From sequence record NZ_CP041325.1: DNA of 64,000 nucleotides, one strand, 5' to 3'. A program made the position numbers and the translations under genes. The notes beneath the pieces are model-generated. The model had not been told where the DNA came from, searched no databases, and saw only the letters and a program-made list of their open reading frames with translations. The stretch is from a plasmid. Below, piece after piece: positions 10,741-21,904 of the stretch (within the stretch, counting starts at the first letter, position 1; every line of letters begins with the position of its first letter).

Positions 10741-11150
10741 TATTAAACAAGAATAGCAAAAGAAGTTGTTGGAGCGCGGCCCGCAGATTTCCCCTGCCAA
10801 TACCTTTAAAATTGAAGATGTGAAACCTGCTGCAGAAGAAGCCCGCCCCCAAGAGATTGAAAAGAAAAAAAGAAAAAAACGCCAGAAAAGAAAGTTACGA
10901 GTGTACGCGTGAAGAAATCAACCCGTGATCGATTAAATGCTTTGGTAAGTTTAAACAAGGCAGAAAACATCGATGAAATGATCGAAATTATGATTGATGA
11001 GTATTTTTCGGTTCATGTGACAAAAGATGAAAAAAAGCAGTTCGACATAGTCATGGATTTATACAAATCGAAAAAAGTAAATGAAAGTCCTTGGTTCCTG
11101 AATAGAACTGAGGATTTTTTAATTGGATTAAAAACGGCATGCAAGCATGC
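10741..11150 (+). CDS. Putative small centromere-binding partner (ParB/ParG-like), frameshifted
   Basis: An ATG overlaps the parA stop (TAAATG). A basic, K/R-rich protein is recovered only after correcting two frame changes, one in the run 'aaaaaaagaaaaaaac'. The ORF-track product 10909..11340 is its C-terminus run on into the iterons. Confidence 0.35.
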
Positions 11151-11275
11151 ACATATGCTCGTATGCACGTATGCTGACATGTACATATGCGCATATATCC
11201 GTATGCAAGCATGCACATATGCAAATATACGCATATGCAAGCATGCACATATGCTCATATGCATGTATATGAAAG
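11146..11275. repeat. Iteron block 4 (three or more copies of the 19-bp unit TGCAAGCATGCACATATGC)
   Basis: Direct repeats at 11147, 11204 and 11237. Confidence 0.75.
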
Positions 11276-11360
11276 AAGGAAATATATTTAATCGTTTGAA
11301 ACGTTGTCATATCAAGCTTCTTGTAAAATTAAGAAAATAGGAATTGCTTTTACCTAAAAA

Positions 11361-11480
11361 TATGCACATATGCAAGCATGCGCATATACCTGCATGCACA
11401 TATGCACGCATACGCACATGCGAGTATGCAGATATGCTGATATATGCGTATGCAAGCATGCACATATGCTGGCATGCGGG
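11361..11480. repeat. Iteron block 5
   Basis: Same unit, immediately upstream of the rep gene. Confidence 0.75.
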
Positions 11481-11721
11481 TTTATAAAGCGCCCCGAAAC
11501 CCTATTGTATCAACGTTTTTTCTCTTCTATACTTTAAAACTAACTAGGAAAAGGTTCAGTTTTAGGGAGGGGGGAGACAGTGGTGGAAGTGAAAAGAGTA
11601 CTGGAATCGATTTTGCATGATGGTATTTCGATGTATAAAAAGATCGGCTCTGCTGCACCGCTGCCGCAGCTTTTAAAAGCACAAAAAACCTCCCTAAAAA
11701 AGTAAACAAGGGGCAATCTGC

Positions 11722-13093
11722 TTGGTCAGATCCAAAGAGCACTTATCGACCTCAGAAGGAGTTCGCGGCTATATTGTCACTTCCATGGAAACTCTCTTGG
11801 AGGATTCTTTTGGCATTTCTCACTGGAATCCTAATGTAGCGAACTACTTAAGGTATTCTGATAAAAAAAGACGGCACATCAAGGGATTGGAAGAGAAGAA
11901 CCTGCAACAAATCAACACCTTCGTCGTTGACATTGATTCCAAAAAGCAGCCCTATACAGAAATCCTGACTGCCGCCCTTGATCACAGCATCGGCATACCC
12001 ACTTTAGTCTTGGAAACACCAAAAGGTTTTCAGGCTTATTTTGTGTTGGAGAAACCGTTGTTCATCAGCAATCAAAACGATTATCGCGGTTTGAAAGTGG
12101 CTAAACGCATTTCAGAAAACATCAAACGCAGCTTGGCGGAAGTTTTGCAGGGAGTGGACATCTCCTGCAACGACTTCGGCTTTTTCCGCATGCCTCAAAA
12201 AAGACAACATCCGCTGGTTCTCAGAAGAAATGGTCTACGACTTCGGCAGTTTGATTGCTTGGTCCAAACGCCAGGATGATAACCGGGGTCGCGGGTTATT
12301 TGTGGTGCCTGGAAAAGAAGCGCCGCAGGATCCGACACAGTCCGAATGGTTCCGGGAATTGTTGGCGACTCGTCACGTAAAAGGGGGCGAGGGGCAGATT
12401 GGCCGGGACAATCTGATGTACACGATTGCCTTAGCCTGTTTTAGTGCCGGGAAGGGGAGAGGGGAGGCTCTCGACTTACTTGATGAATACAATTCAGGAC
12501 TTCATGCACCGATGCGTCATAACGAGGTGGAGAAAATCGTCAGAAGCGCATATAAAGGACGTTTCAAAGGCGCACATCAGGAATACATCCGTGAACTATT
12601 GGAAAGCTGGACGAACAAGAAGGATCTGGTCATCGAAAATTCTTTTGGTGGCTGGTACAAGTTCAAGAAAGAACGGAAGGACCGGAAGCGAAGCCATTAT
12701 GAAGAATGGGAAGAGGATCTGCTTGCCTATATCCAACAGGCCACTAGTTTGGAGCAACCAGTAAAATGGACCACACAGAAAGCAATCTGTGAAGAACTCG
12801 GAATGGCCAAAAGCACGTTCAACGAAGTGATCCGCAAATCCAATCGGATTCTGATCAAACGAAAAGGAAAAGGCTGCAGAGCACAGACCGGATTGACATC
12901 GGTGGCTGTGCTTCTTCAGTGTGCCCTTGCTTACAATCAAACACATCGTGCAGCATACTACGAAACGATCCGCTTGATGAACACAGAGCATGAAAACCAG
13001 GAAGCACTGCGAGAGCTTGATAACCTCCTGGACCTACACGCATTTGAAGTAAAACAGCAAAGGATGAATGGTAAAATTTTCAATTCTTCCTAA
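11722..13093 (+). CDS. Plasmid replication initiator with a PriCT_1 (primase C-terminal) domain, frameshifted
   Basis: N-terminal 'TFVVDIDSKK...GFQAYFVLEKP' replicase-like region. 'GRDNLMYTIALACFSAGKGRGEALDLLDEYNSG' matches PriCT_1. The two ORFs overlap at 12230..12279. Confidence 0.7.
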
Positions 13094-13231
13094 TGGTCCA
13101 GTCTGCCAATACATATCTGAATACATGCTTCTGTTTTTGTGCTGGCTATATTGGGTTTATCCATCGATCACTCTTTTGTATTTTGGAGAATAAAAAAAGC
13201 ATCCCTTTTGGAGAAAGGATACTTAGAAGGA

Positions 13232-13555
13232 CTATTTATCTTGATTTTCGTCATAAGGGCCGAATCGCTCATACATTTTGTGAAGCTGCTGTTCTTGAAA
13301 GTCTTCTTTGAAGGCGCGAAGAAATACTTCGGTGGGATTGACCTCAAGGACATTGCAATAGTGGATGATCCAGCCAAGTGAGAAGTTTTGTTTTCCTCGT
13401 TCCACTAAGGAAACAGTGGCCGGGTTCAGCTTGGATTTTTCTTCGATTTCTTGCAGGGTCATCTTTTTTTCTTTTCGAATGGATTTCATGGCGGATCCGA
13501 TTTTTTGATATATATCAAGTTGTTCATTGGGAGTCATATGTAAAGGTCCTTTCAA
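13232..13555 (-). CDS. XRE-family HTH transcriptional regulator
   Basis: 'MTLQEIEEKSKLNPATVSLVERGKQNFSL' is a Cro/C1-type HTH. Confidence 0.75.
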   Translation of the reverse strand: MKGPLHMTPNEQLDIYQKIGSAMKSIRKEKKMTLQEIEEKSKLNPATVSLVERGKQNFSLGWIIHYCNVLEVNPTEVFLRAFKEDFQEQQLHKMYERFGPYDENQDK

Positions 13556-13819
13556 ATTTATCAGTACCCATTTTAAGAAGTTAATGCTATACTGAAGCCA
13601 TTATTTTTAGATATATATAAAAAATCTCTACAAACTCTGTTATTGGTAGTTTGGCGACCGTCCATAACAGAGTTTCCACGTAGAGAAATTTCAAGGGAAT
13701 AATTGTTAGCCTGATTATAGCATGAAACGGGCAAATATGAACAGATGAATGCGGGAATTCTAAGGTTTCCCCTGTCTGCAACCTCCTTTGAAGTTTCTCT
13801 AAAACTGATGTGAGAAATT

Positions 13820-14773
13820 GTGAAAGGGGCTTTATGCATGGCGAAGAAATACAACGTACAAGAAGAGGCTGCAGAGCGGTTTTACCGTCTGCCAAAAGTG
13901 TTTTTCATCAGTGAGCGTTATAAAAAAATCAGCAATGATGCAAAGATTGCCTTTGCAATTCTTCAGGACCGGTTGGAGTTATCGATTCGAAACCACTGGT
14001 TTGATGAAGAGGGGAATATCTTTTTCCTTTATGGGAATCATCAACTTGGAGAAATACTGAACTGCAGCAAACCGACGGTCATCAAAATCAAAAAAGAACT
14101 TCATACTGCGGAGTTGCTGGAAGAAAAACGGATGGGTCTTTCACAGCCGAATCGGCTCTATTTACTCAAACCGGTGGCGGATCGGTCTGATGTTGAGGCT
14201 TTGATGAACCCCGAAAATGAGTCTGAAATCCTTGGTCCCCAACAGAAGTTAAAATCTTTTACTTCTGGAAATCAAAATTCTTTACTTCAAGAAGTTAAAA
14301 ATTTTAATACGAATGATACTGAACTTAACAAGACTGATTTAAATGATACTGAAGATAAGATCAATCAAACAATCAGCAAACTGGACCTGCCAGAGGTATT
14401 AATACAGGTCCTGATCAAAAACAAAAAGCGATTGATGGATGACCGGATTCAAGTAAGGGATATAGCGAATCATTATCATGCTCATCAGGGACTGTTAAAT
14501 CTCTATCAATATGCGGACGCTTTGCAATATTCGCTGGAACGGACCCCAGGGCGCATTAAGAGCATCACTGCCCGATTGACAAAAGCCGTAGAAGACAAGA
14601 AAAAGTGGCTGACAAGCCATGAAAGTGCAGTCAGCACGCCTGTGAGAGAAGAACTAGTTCCGGATTGGCTGCATAAATCTGAAACTGAAGAGCTTGAACA
14701 ATTGAATAAAGAGGCGATGGAAGCTGAAAAGGCTGAATTGCTAAGGAAGTTGGAGATGCGGAAGTCACTCTGA
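13820..14773 (+). CDS. Replication initiator A, Firmicutes RepA_N family
   Basis: 'YRLPKVFF...ISNDAKIAFAILQDRLELS...WFDEEGNIFFLYGNHQLGEILNCSKPTVIKIKKEL' is the RepA_N signature with a winged helix. Confidence 0.75.
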   Translation: MKGALCMAKKYNVQEEAAERFYRLPKVFFISERYKKISNDAKIAFAILQDRLELSIRNHWFDEEGNIFFLYGNHQLGEILNCSKPTVIKIKKELHTAELLEEKRMGLSQPNRLYLLKPVADRSDVEALMNPENESEILGPQQKLKSFTSGNQNSLLQEVKNFNTNDTELNKTDLNDTEDKINQTISKLDLPEVLIQVLIKNKKRLMDDRIQVRDIANHYHAHQGLLNLYQYADALQYSLERTPGRIKSITARLTKAVEDKKKWLTSHESAVSTPVREELVPDWLHKSETEELEQLNKEAMEAEKAELLRKLEMRKSL

Positions 14774-14788
14774 CTTCCTTTTTTTATT
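14759..14788 (+). terminator. Rho-independent terminator
   Basis: GGAAGTCA-ctc-TGACTTCC followed by TTTTTTT. Confidence 0.6.
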
Positions 14789-14979
14789 TATATCTAAAAA
14801 TCTTCTCTTAAAACATTCAGAATTCGAGATTCCTTCATCTGGTAATTAAGTAACGATACGATGAAATAAAGAACTTTTTTAACTTTTAAAAAAGTAAATA
14901 ATACCCATAATTTTTTACTGAATTTTCATTGCCAAAAATATGGCAACTGTAGTAGGGTTGAGTCAAATAAAAGAAGGAG

Positions 14980-15213
14980 GTGGAGAATTTGTTTGAACGA
15001 ATAAATGGATTTCTTAATACAGTCTTTAGCGACATGCAGTCCACATTCATCACCGTCTTTATGATTGGTCTCTTAATCTGTGCCATCGGCGTATGGGCAG
15101 GGGATGAGCAATCGTCACCTAGATTTAAGAGAGGGTTGGTATTAAGTGTTTTGGGTCTTGTAGTCTTCATACTTGCAAAGCCAATTATTGAATACGTACA
15201 AATCAATCTGTAA
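14980..15213 (+). CDS. Small two-TM membrane protein, possibly a conjugation component
   Basis: 77 aa with two hydrophobic helices. Confidence 0.4.
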   Translation: MENLFERINGFLNTVFSDMQSTFITVFMIGLLICAIGVWAGDEQSSPRFKRGLVLSVLGLVVFILAKPIIEYVQINL

Positions 15214-15241
15214 GACAGAACGAGAAAGTATGTGATAGCGG

Positions 15242-15605
15242 ATGCGTTTAGATTCCTATACCGAACGCCAGGAGCGTTTGCGTGAGCGCGGGAAGGTGGA
15301 ACTTCCACTCAATATCGATACGAAAAAAGTACTTGTATGGCAATATCTCTTTCCAGGATGTCTTCATTGTTTCGCCATTCTTGGTGTTTGGGGCCATCAT
15401 CTCTTATTTTCTGTACAAAGCAGGGCATCTTAATCAGCAATTGTTATTGATTTCCTTTATTCCGGCGATGATTGTTACGGTATTTCAGTTAAACAAGCAC
15501 CCCATCCGGAAGAATTTATCGCTTCTGCAGTACAAAGTGATTTGGAAGCTGCGGGCTAAGCGGCGGAATAAGGAATTTCATTACGCGAAAGGAGCATTGC
15601 CGATG
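15242..15605 (+). CDS. TcpE-like small membrane conjugation protein, frameshifted
   Basis: N-terminus in frame 15242 ('...GKVELPLNIDTKKVLVWQY'). Two-TM body in frame 15282 ('FIVSPFLVFGAIISYFLY...LLLISFIPAMIVTVF'). Confidence 0.45.
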
Positions 15606-18093
15606 AGCCGGAAAGAAGGCGATACCCGGACGGAGCTGGGACTGGCGAATATTGCGAATGGCTGCCTGGAATCGACAGACCGGAAGCTCATCAAGGTATT
15701 GGAAGTCTCCTCAGTGAATTTGTCGTTGATGAATGAACTGGCAAAGAGAATGTGCTTTCAGCCTATCAGTCTTTTATCAACGACACCGGTGAGAAACAGA
15801 TCCAGTTGATGCAGGTAGCCCAGCCAATCAATCTCACAAACTACTTGATGTGGTTTAACGAACAGGTAGACCAGAACTCGTCCTATGCCAAACGGGTGCT
15901 GAAGCAAGGCTATTCCAACCAGATTGAACGGATTCAGAAGTCGAAGAACATGGTGACCCGGAAACGGTATTTGGTGATTTCCAAACCGATGACCCAATCG
16001 CCGAAAAGATTACATGAAGCTCGAGACGACGGCCAATATCTTGAAAGCGAAACTCGAACAGATGCTGTCGGGCTACGAGAAACTGGACGTTAAGATTTTG
16101 GAGAACGATGAATTGCTGAAGTTTTACTACGCTTGCATCGATTTCGAGAATGCACAGGCCCAAGGTGAAAACATTGTGCACAAGACCAATGCGAAGCTCG
16201 ATGTGGTAGTCGGAAAAAATACGGCCAAAGCGTTAGTGGACCAGTATAAAACACTGCTTAATGAACGATTTGAATAAGGAGGTGGCGTCATGCAATGGAT
16301 GAGCAGCCTGTTTCGTGCCAAACCGAAAGAAGAACCGACATTTGAAGAGACGGTGTTCAGCATGAATGAAACGTTGCTGACGGCGATTGCGCCGGATAAC
16401 CTAACGGAATACGATTCGTCGGTGCGCATCGGGGCCAACTATACCCGGACGCTGTTGATAGTCGATTACGATCCGATTCAGGACCAGAACAAAATCCAGC
16501 AAGTGACGGAGCTTCCGGAAAACGTCTCGATTGTGAACTACCTGCAGGAATACAACATCGGCGAGGTCCGGTCGCAGCTCGTTAAAAGCATCAAGCAAAA
16601 CCGGATGAAGATGAATACCCGATTTGCGGATGAACAGACGATCATCGATTCAGAAGGCCAGATTGAAAGTGCGTCGGAAATGCTGCGCAATCTCTCATAC
16701 CGGAACGATAAGATTTTCCTGTTTCATACCTTGATTCACCCCTGGTAGCCAGTTCGCAGGACGAACTGGACCAATTGACGACCACCGTCAAAAGCAAGTT
16801 TTCGAAAATCGGCATCATCCATAACCCGACAGACCGGGCAGTGGACGCCTTCCGTTCATTCCTTCCCCTCAATCAGAACAAAGTGGAGGAACTGACATAC
16901 AAAATGACCAACTCGGAAGCGATTTCGTATTTCTTCCCTTTCCATGAAAATGAAATGTTCTCGCAGACCGGATTGATCAAAGGGCGCAATATGACAACCG
17001 GCAATGTGGTCATCGTCGATGATACGACCTTGCTCAACCGGCATGAATTCGTCATCGGCATTTCCGGAATCGGGAAATCGACGTACTTGTTTGCCAACAT
17101 GACGAACAAGCATATGCTGGGCCGGAAAATCATTACCGTAGATCCGAAAGGGGAATTCGGCCGGAATTACGCGGACCTTGGCGGTGCCTGGGTCAAATTC
17201 CAGCTAAAAGGCGGAAATCGGATCAACCCGATGGATTTGCCGAAAATCAGTGAGAAGGTGCAGCGGGAAGAGGCCGAGCTCGGCAATATCCTGCTGACGA
17301 AAATCTCTAATCTCTTGGTCATGTTCAAGCTGATGTACAACTCCATGAATGAATTGCAGGAAGATATTCTGAGCCGGTATATCCAAAAAGTCTACGAAGA
17401 AAAAAGGCATCGATGAAACTACGGACATCAACCAACTGACGGCGAACGATTATCCGGTTCTTGAAGATCTGTACCGATTGATTGAACGCGATAAAAAAGA
17501 CGATCCGCCTTTGTACGAGCGTATCCGCGATTTTCACACGACTCTTGAAACATATGTATACGGCATCTACTCGGAGCTCTTTAACGGCGCCACAAACGTG
17601 AATATCGCCAATGAATTGGTTTGTTATGACCTAAAAGAGATGAGCAACAACGAAAAAATTCAGCGGATTCTTTTTTTACAACATTTTATCTCACACGACT
17701 TACGAAATTATGAGCGGGGACCGGGAACCCAGCGAAATTTTCATTGATGAAGCGCACGTCATCGCCGATCCGAAAGTGCCGAAAGCGATGGAGTTCATCT
17801 ATTTCATGATGAAAGTGCTCCGGTCGTTCAACTGCGGCATTACAACGGCATCCCAATCAGTGGAGGATTTCCTGTCCGCCCGCGATGAGAACCGGAACTA
17901 CGGGAAAGCGATCATCACCCAGTCGGTGCAACGCCTGTACTTACCGATGAGTGAGGAAGAACTGAAGTACCTGGAAGAGGAACTGGGCAACACGTTCTCA
18001 AAAGAGGAACGATCCACGTTGATTCTGAAGGACGGAAAGAAGAAAAGAGCAGGCCGGCAAAGGCATCTTCTATACCGGTTCCAAGAAAATTAA
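15603..18093 (+). CDS. VirB4-like conjugative ATPase (TcpF/ConE/Orf16 family), interrupted by at least 5 frameshifts
   Basis: Pieces 15603-15809, 15752..16093, 16014..16277, 16290..16748, 16775..17416, 17478..17747 and 17710..18093. Walker A 'GISGIGKST', Walker B '[12 protein letters not shown]'. Confidence 0.7.
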
Positions 18094-18165
18094 GTTAGAA
18101 GTGCAGCTGAATGAAGTGACCGAAAAGCTGTGGTTTGAGCAGAAGAGCATTAACGATATCACCAT

Positions 18166-19254
18166 TTGAAAAGGGATGAGGGTATGAATCCGAAAGAAGC
18201 AGCCAAAACACTGGGGTCCATATTGGTCTCGAAGCTCCTGTTTAGCCCCTTAGGGTTGATTGCAGTGGGAATTGGGCTTCTTCTGATTGCTGTTCCGGTG
18301 TTCATGTCCATGACGAGCAAAAGTGAGGATTTCAATATTGAAGACCCTAACAGCAACTTAGATGCACTCTCCAGCTCATCAGGAGGCGCTTACTGTGCAC
18401 CGGACGGCGAAATAGACCAAGACCTTTGGGATGAACAGTTCGCTTCTGCAGGTGTTTTCAGTGGGATGGGAGATGTATTCTTGGAAGTGGCAGCGCACCA
18501 AGGAATTGACCCGGTGCTGATGGCCGCCATTGCCCTGCATGAAACCGGGCATGGAACTTCTTCGGCAGTAGTGGAAAAGAAGAACCCCGGAGGATTGATG
18601 GGGAAAAACGGGCTCATGGTCTTTGGGACACTCGAAGAGGGCCTCGCTTCCATGGGCAAGACGCTCCACAATCGGATTATTAAAGACGGCTTGGTCACGA
18701 TTGCCGATTTAGGTTCAGTATATGCACCGATAGGAGCTAGTAACGATCCGACGAACCTGAACAGTCATTGGGTTCCGAACGTAACCAAAGTTGTTAGCTC
18801 GTTAGGTGGATTGACGATGAACTGTGCCACATCAACTGGAGAATTTGCCAAACCGGTCCCGAATGTCGCGGTCAATTCGAATTTTGGGGTCCGCGTGCAC
18901 CCGGTAACCGGAAAGATTTCAAGACACGAAGGCGTGGATCTGGAGTGTACACAGCCGGAACTGATTTATTCCGCGAAAGAAGGCCGTGTGGTCTTTGCAG
19001 AATATCCGTCTAATGGGCTCAATACCTATGGAAATGTCGTCGTCATTGAGCATGAGAATAAGTTGTTCAGCTTGTATGCGCATCTCAGCAAAATTGATGT
19101 GAAAGTAGGGCAGGAAGTCAGCCAGCTTCAGCCGGTTGGCCAGTGCGGAACCACAGGCCGCTCAACTGGAGATCATCTGCATTTTGAAATCCATACCGGC
19201 AAACTGTTCGGTAAACGGGTAAATCCGATGCCTTATTTGGAAAAAGGAGCTTGA
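18166..19254 (+). CDS. Bifunctional conjugation cell-wall hydrolase: lytic transglycosylase (SLT/lysozyme-like) plus M23 peptidase
   Basis: N-terminal TM. '[10 protein letters not shown]' is an SLT-like motif. C-terminal 'HEGVDL...GDHLHFEI' is an M23 (LytM) motif. Confidence 0.8.
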   Translation: MKRDEGMNPKEAAKTLGSILVSKLLFSPLGLIAVGIGLLLIAVPVFMSMTSKSEDFNIEDPNSNLDALSSSSGGAYCAPDGEIDQDLWDEQFASAGVFSGMGDVFLEVAAHQGIDPVLMAAIALHETGHGTSSAVVEKKNPGGLMGKNGLMVFGTLEEGLASMGKTLHNRIIKDGLVTIADLGSVYAPIGASNDPTNLNSHWVPNVTKVVSSLGGLTMNCATSTGEFAKPVPNVAVNSNFGVRVHPVTGKISRHEGVDLECTQPELIYSAKEGRVVFAEYPSNGLNTYGNVVVIEHENKLFSLYAHLSKIDVKVGQEVSQLQPVGQCGTTGRSTGDHLHFEIHTGKLFGKRVNPMPYLEKGA

Positions 19255-19270
19255 GATAAAGAAAGGAGAG

Positions 19271-19828
19271 ATGAGGATGCAACGGCTGGATCTTCGAATC
19301 ATCCTGCTTGGAATAGCGATTTTAATCTTAGCCATTGTCAGTTTTAACTTATACCTGTCTTCAAATGAAACAAAGGAAGAGAATAAAGAGCTGAAAGAGG
19401 AAGTAGAACGGTTAAAAACGGTGCAATCAATGGAACAGGCCATCTATACCCGGACTGAAGAGTTTCTCCGGGCGACTTTAGAAGGCGGTTCAATTGAATT
19501 CTTCTCCGATTCATTCAGAGAAGAGGCGGAGCAGCAGCTTGAGCAGGATGAAGAGTTGCATGATGGGAGCCGAAGCCAGATGGAGAACTTCGAAATCTTT
19601 AATATCTCCGTCCGGCAAATGGACGAGGCATACCAAGTCTATGCCATCTATAAAGTCAGCTTAACGGGAATCGAAGGGGAACTTGAAAATCCAGGTCAGC
19701 AACCGCTCCTGTACCTGACCTCCAGAATCAAATGGATTGAAGAAGAAGGGGAGTGGCGCGTGGATGCACACGAACTGGAAACCCTCGCGTCCGGTGAAGA
19801 AGTCGAAGAGGCGATTTCGAACGGATAA
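19271..19828 (+). CDS. Membrane-anchored coiled-coil protein (conjugation module)
   Basis: N-terminal TM plus an acidic coiled coil. Confidence 0.4.
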   Translation: MRMQRLDLRIILLGIAILILAIVSFNLYLSSNETKEENKELKEEVERLKTVQSMEQAIYTRTEEFLRATLEGGSIEFFSDSFREEAEQQLEQDEELHDGSRSQMENFEIFNISVRQMDEAYQVYAIYKVSLTGIEGELENPGQQPLLYLTSRIKWIEEEGEWRVDAHELETLASGEEVEEAISNG

Positions 19829-19848
19829 AACGGAAGGGACGTGCTGAG

Positions 19849-20103
19849 ATGAAAGATACACTGAGTCGAATGGCTGCCTTTCAACAAGCCGTTCAAAAGC
19901 GGATGGAACGATTGATTGATCGCTTAGCTCGTAATGCAATCGCCCAAGAGGAACGGAAATACGAATTGCTTTATGGCAAACCGCTTAGTGAGCAAGAAAA
20001 GATGGATATTAAAAAAGGTGTGGTTCTCCGGTTATCGATGTTTTTGCTAGTACCTTTACTTATTATAGTTCTAACCCTTATGAATAGAGGGATGATGTCA
20101 TGA
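19849..20103 (+). CDS. Small membrane protein
   Basis: 84 aa with a C-terminal TM. Confidence 0.4.
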   Translation: MKDTLSRMAAFQQAVQKRMERLIDRLARNAIAQEERKYELLYGKPLSEQEKMDIKKGVVLRLSMFLLVPLLIIVLTLMNRGMMS

Positions 20104-21125
20104 AAAGATGGATGAACCTATTAACTGTCTTATTGATATTAGTATTATCGATGCCCATTCAGGTATTCGGGGAAGAGGGCGACTTCATGGATGAAACTAT
20201 TACAGAATACAGCAAAACAGAAGGAGTAAAAGAACAAAGCATTAAAAACGCAGAGTCGTATATGAAGAATGTTTTATATCTTGAAAAATACAATTATGAA
20301 ACTAATCAATTCGATTGTAAGTGGCATGAAATTGGATGTCATACAAATAGTTTTCTATTCACTACAGTCAGTGGCTTTGTATATGGAGCGATTGATAGCT
20401 TCAGTAAATTTCAATTAGATGAAAGCTTTATTACTGAAAATCCTGTCTACGAGGGGTATATGCTAAATTTCAAATCTCTCGCTTGGACAATTGCAGCCAT
20501 CTTTATTCTGTGGCAGACACTTAAAATCGTCATTCTATATAGTGGAAATGGCGAAGAGGGAATGAATTCCCTTTACGACAAGTTGGTGGCTACTGTAACT
20601 GGCGGCATTTTATTAGGTATCTATGGACAGTTTTTCGATTGGATTCTCGAATTAACTCATCTGTTAACTGAAACAATGCTTACATCTCCCGTAACTCATT
20701 ACGATATCATGCAAGTCATGGCAATAAATTCTGTAGGCTATGGATTAATACTGATGGTTGTGGTTTCTGCGATACTATTCGTATTCTTCCTGTCAGTTCT
20801 ATATCGTACAGTGCTCTTCGTTATCCTGTATATAACTGGAGTTATTGCTATCCCGACTATAGTGAACGATCAATATAATTTCTTTAATCTTTGGTTAAAA
20901 ACTGTAGTAAGTAATATTTTGACTCTTACAATTCAATTGCTCTGTTTTGTGCTTGGAATAAAGACATTAGTAAACCTTCAAGGCGGAAATATGATTATCG
21001 GAATGATTTTCTTTATCGTGGGTCTATCAATCCCAACATTATTAAACCAATTTGGAGCGTCAACCGGTTCTGCAAAAGCCGTTGGTTCATCTATAAAATA
21101 CGTTGCGCGGTATGCTCGACGATAA
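20100..21125 (+). CDS. Polytopic membrane protein, VirB6/TcpH/ConG-like conjugation channel component
   Basis: Signal peptide plus at least 6 TM helices. Sits between the hydrolase and a lipoprotein. Confidence 0.5.
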   Translation: MKRWMNLLTVLLILVLSMPIQVFGEEGDFMDETITEYSKTEGVKEQSIKNAESYMKNVLYLEKYNYETNQFDCKWHEIGCHTNSFLFTTVSGFVYGAIDSFSKFQLDESFITENPVYEGYMLNFKSLAWTIAAIFILWQTLKIVILYSGNGEEGMNSLYDKLVATVTGGILLGIYGQFFDWILELTHLLTETMLTSPVTHYDIMQVMAINSVGYGLILMVVVSAILFVFFLSVLYRTVLFVILYITGVIAIPTIVNDQYNFFNLWLKTVVSNILTLTIQLLCFVLGIKTLVNLQGGNMIIGMIFFIVGLSIPTLLNQFGASTGSAKAVGSSIKYVARYARR

Positions 21126-21138
21126 TAGGAGTGGTTAT

Positions 21139-21633
21139 ATGAAGAAATGGTTATTAATATCGTTACTCTTGATATTGGGAGTCTTTTTAGCATCTTGTAA
21201 TTCTAATAATGAGGAAATTGGGGAGGCAGAATCTGAAGAAAAGAAACCTTTTACAAACTCAGATATTGAAAAAACTAACGAGATGATAGATTTTTTAAAT
21301 GAAAAGATGAGAGAGTTTGAGAATAAAGCTAATAATGCAATTGAAAGTGGACAGATTAAAATTGGTGATAATGAGCGATTAATAGAGGAGATACAAGGCT
21401 TAGGACAAGAAAGTGTAATTCAGCCATTTTTAGAAAAGTACCCAAATAGCTTAATTTCAAAAAATGAAGAAGATAGTTCTATCCCGATTACAGTCGAGCC
21501 CACTAGTAGCGAATCATGTACTTTAGGAAATTGCACTTATGAAAAAATCAATGTTATTGAAGTTGATTTTGATACAGATAAAAGTAAGGAATATCATTCT
21601 AGAAATTTCAAAATCACTCAACTGATTTTTTGA
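21139..21633 (+). CDS. Lipoprotein
   Basis: 'MKKWLLISLLLILGVFLASC' lipobox. Confidence 0.6.
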   Translation: MKKWLLISLLLILGVFLASCNSNNEEIGEAESEEKKPFTNSDIEKTNEMIDFLNEKMREFENKANNAIESGQIKIGDNERLIEEIQGLGQESVIQPFLEKYPNSLISKNEEDSSIPITVEPTSSESCTLGNCTYEKINVIEVDFDTDKSKEYHSRNFKITQLIF

Positions 21634-21904
21634 TAATGTAAAAACTTTATCAAAGGTTGAAGGGGAAATTGAAGAAGGAGAACTACGCTTTGTCAAAACT
21701 AAAGATAATAATTTAGTTATAACCTCTATTCCTAATATTCAGCTGCAAACGTTATATATTGATGAAATGGATAGCGAATATGAATCTATAGCAACCGATG
21801 TGCCAGAAAGTGAAGTAGAAGCCGAACAAGCTGAATACAAAAAGGAAGTAGAGGAAACGCTAGCGAAGTTCCCGAAACTTCAATAATCCTTGTAAGAAAG
21901 GGGC

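Noticed and set aside
11013-11310. Three minus-strand ORFs (83, 65, 60 aa) rich in M/H/C/Y
   Set aside because: Reverse-strand translations of the same RY-alternating repeats, not genes.
10909-11340. 143-aa ORF flagged as a gene
   Set aside because: Its C-terminal half is the iteron repeats translated ('KHAHMLVCTYADMYICAYIRMQACTYANIRICKHAHM...'). Only the N-terminal part may belong to the ParB-like gene.
12444-12991. ORFs 12444..12764 (+) and 12596..12991 (-)
   Set aside because: Alternate or antisense frames inside the rep gene.
16127-17537. Several minus-strand ORFs (16127..16438, 16401..16598, 16642..16872, 16856..17113, 17204..17431, 17325..17537)
   Set aside because: Antisense to the VirB4-like gene, which carries clear ATPase motifs on the plus strand.
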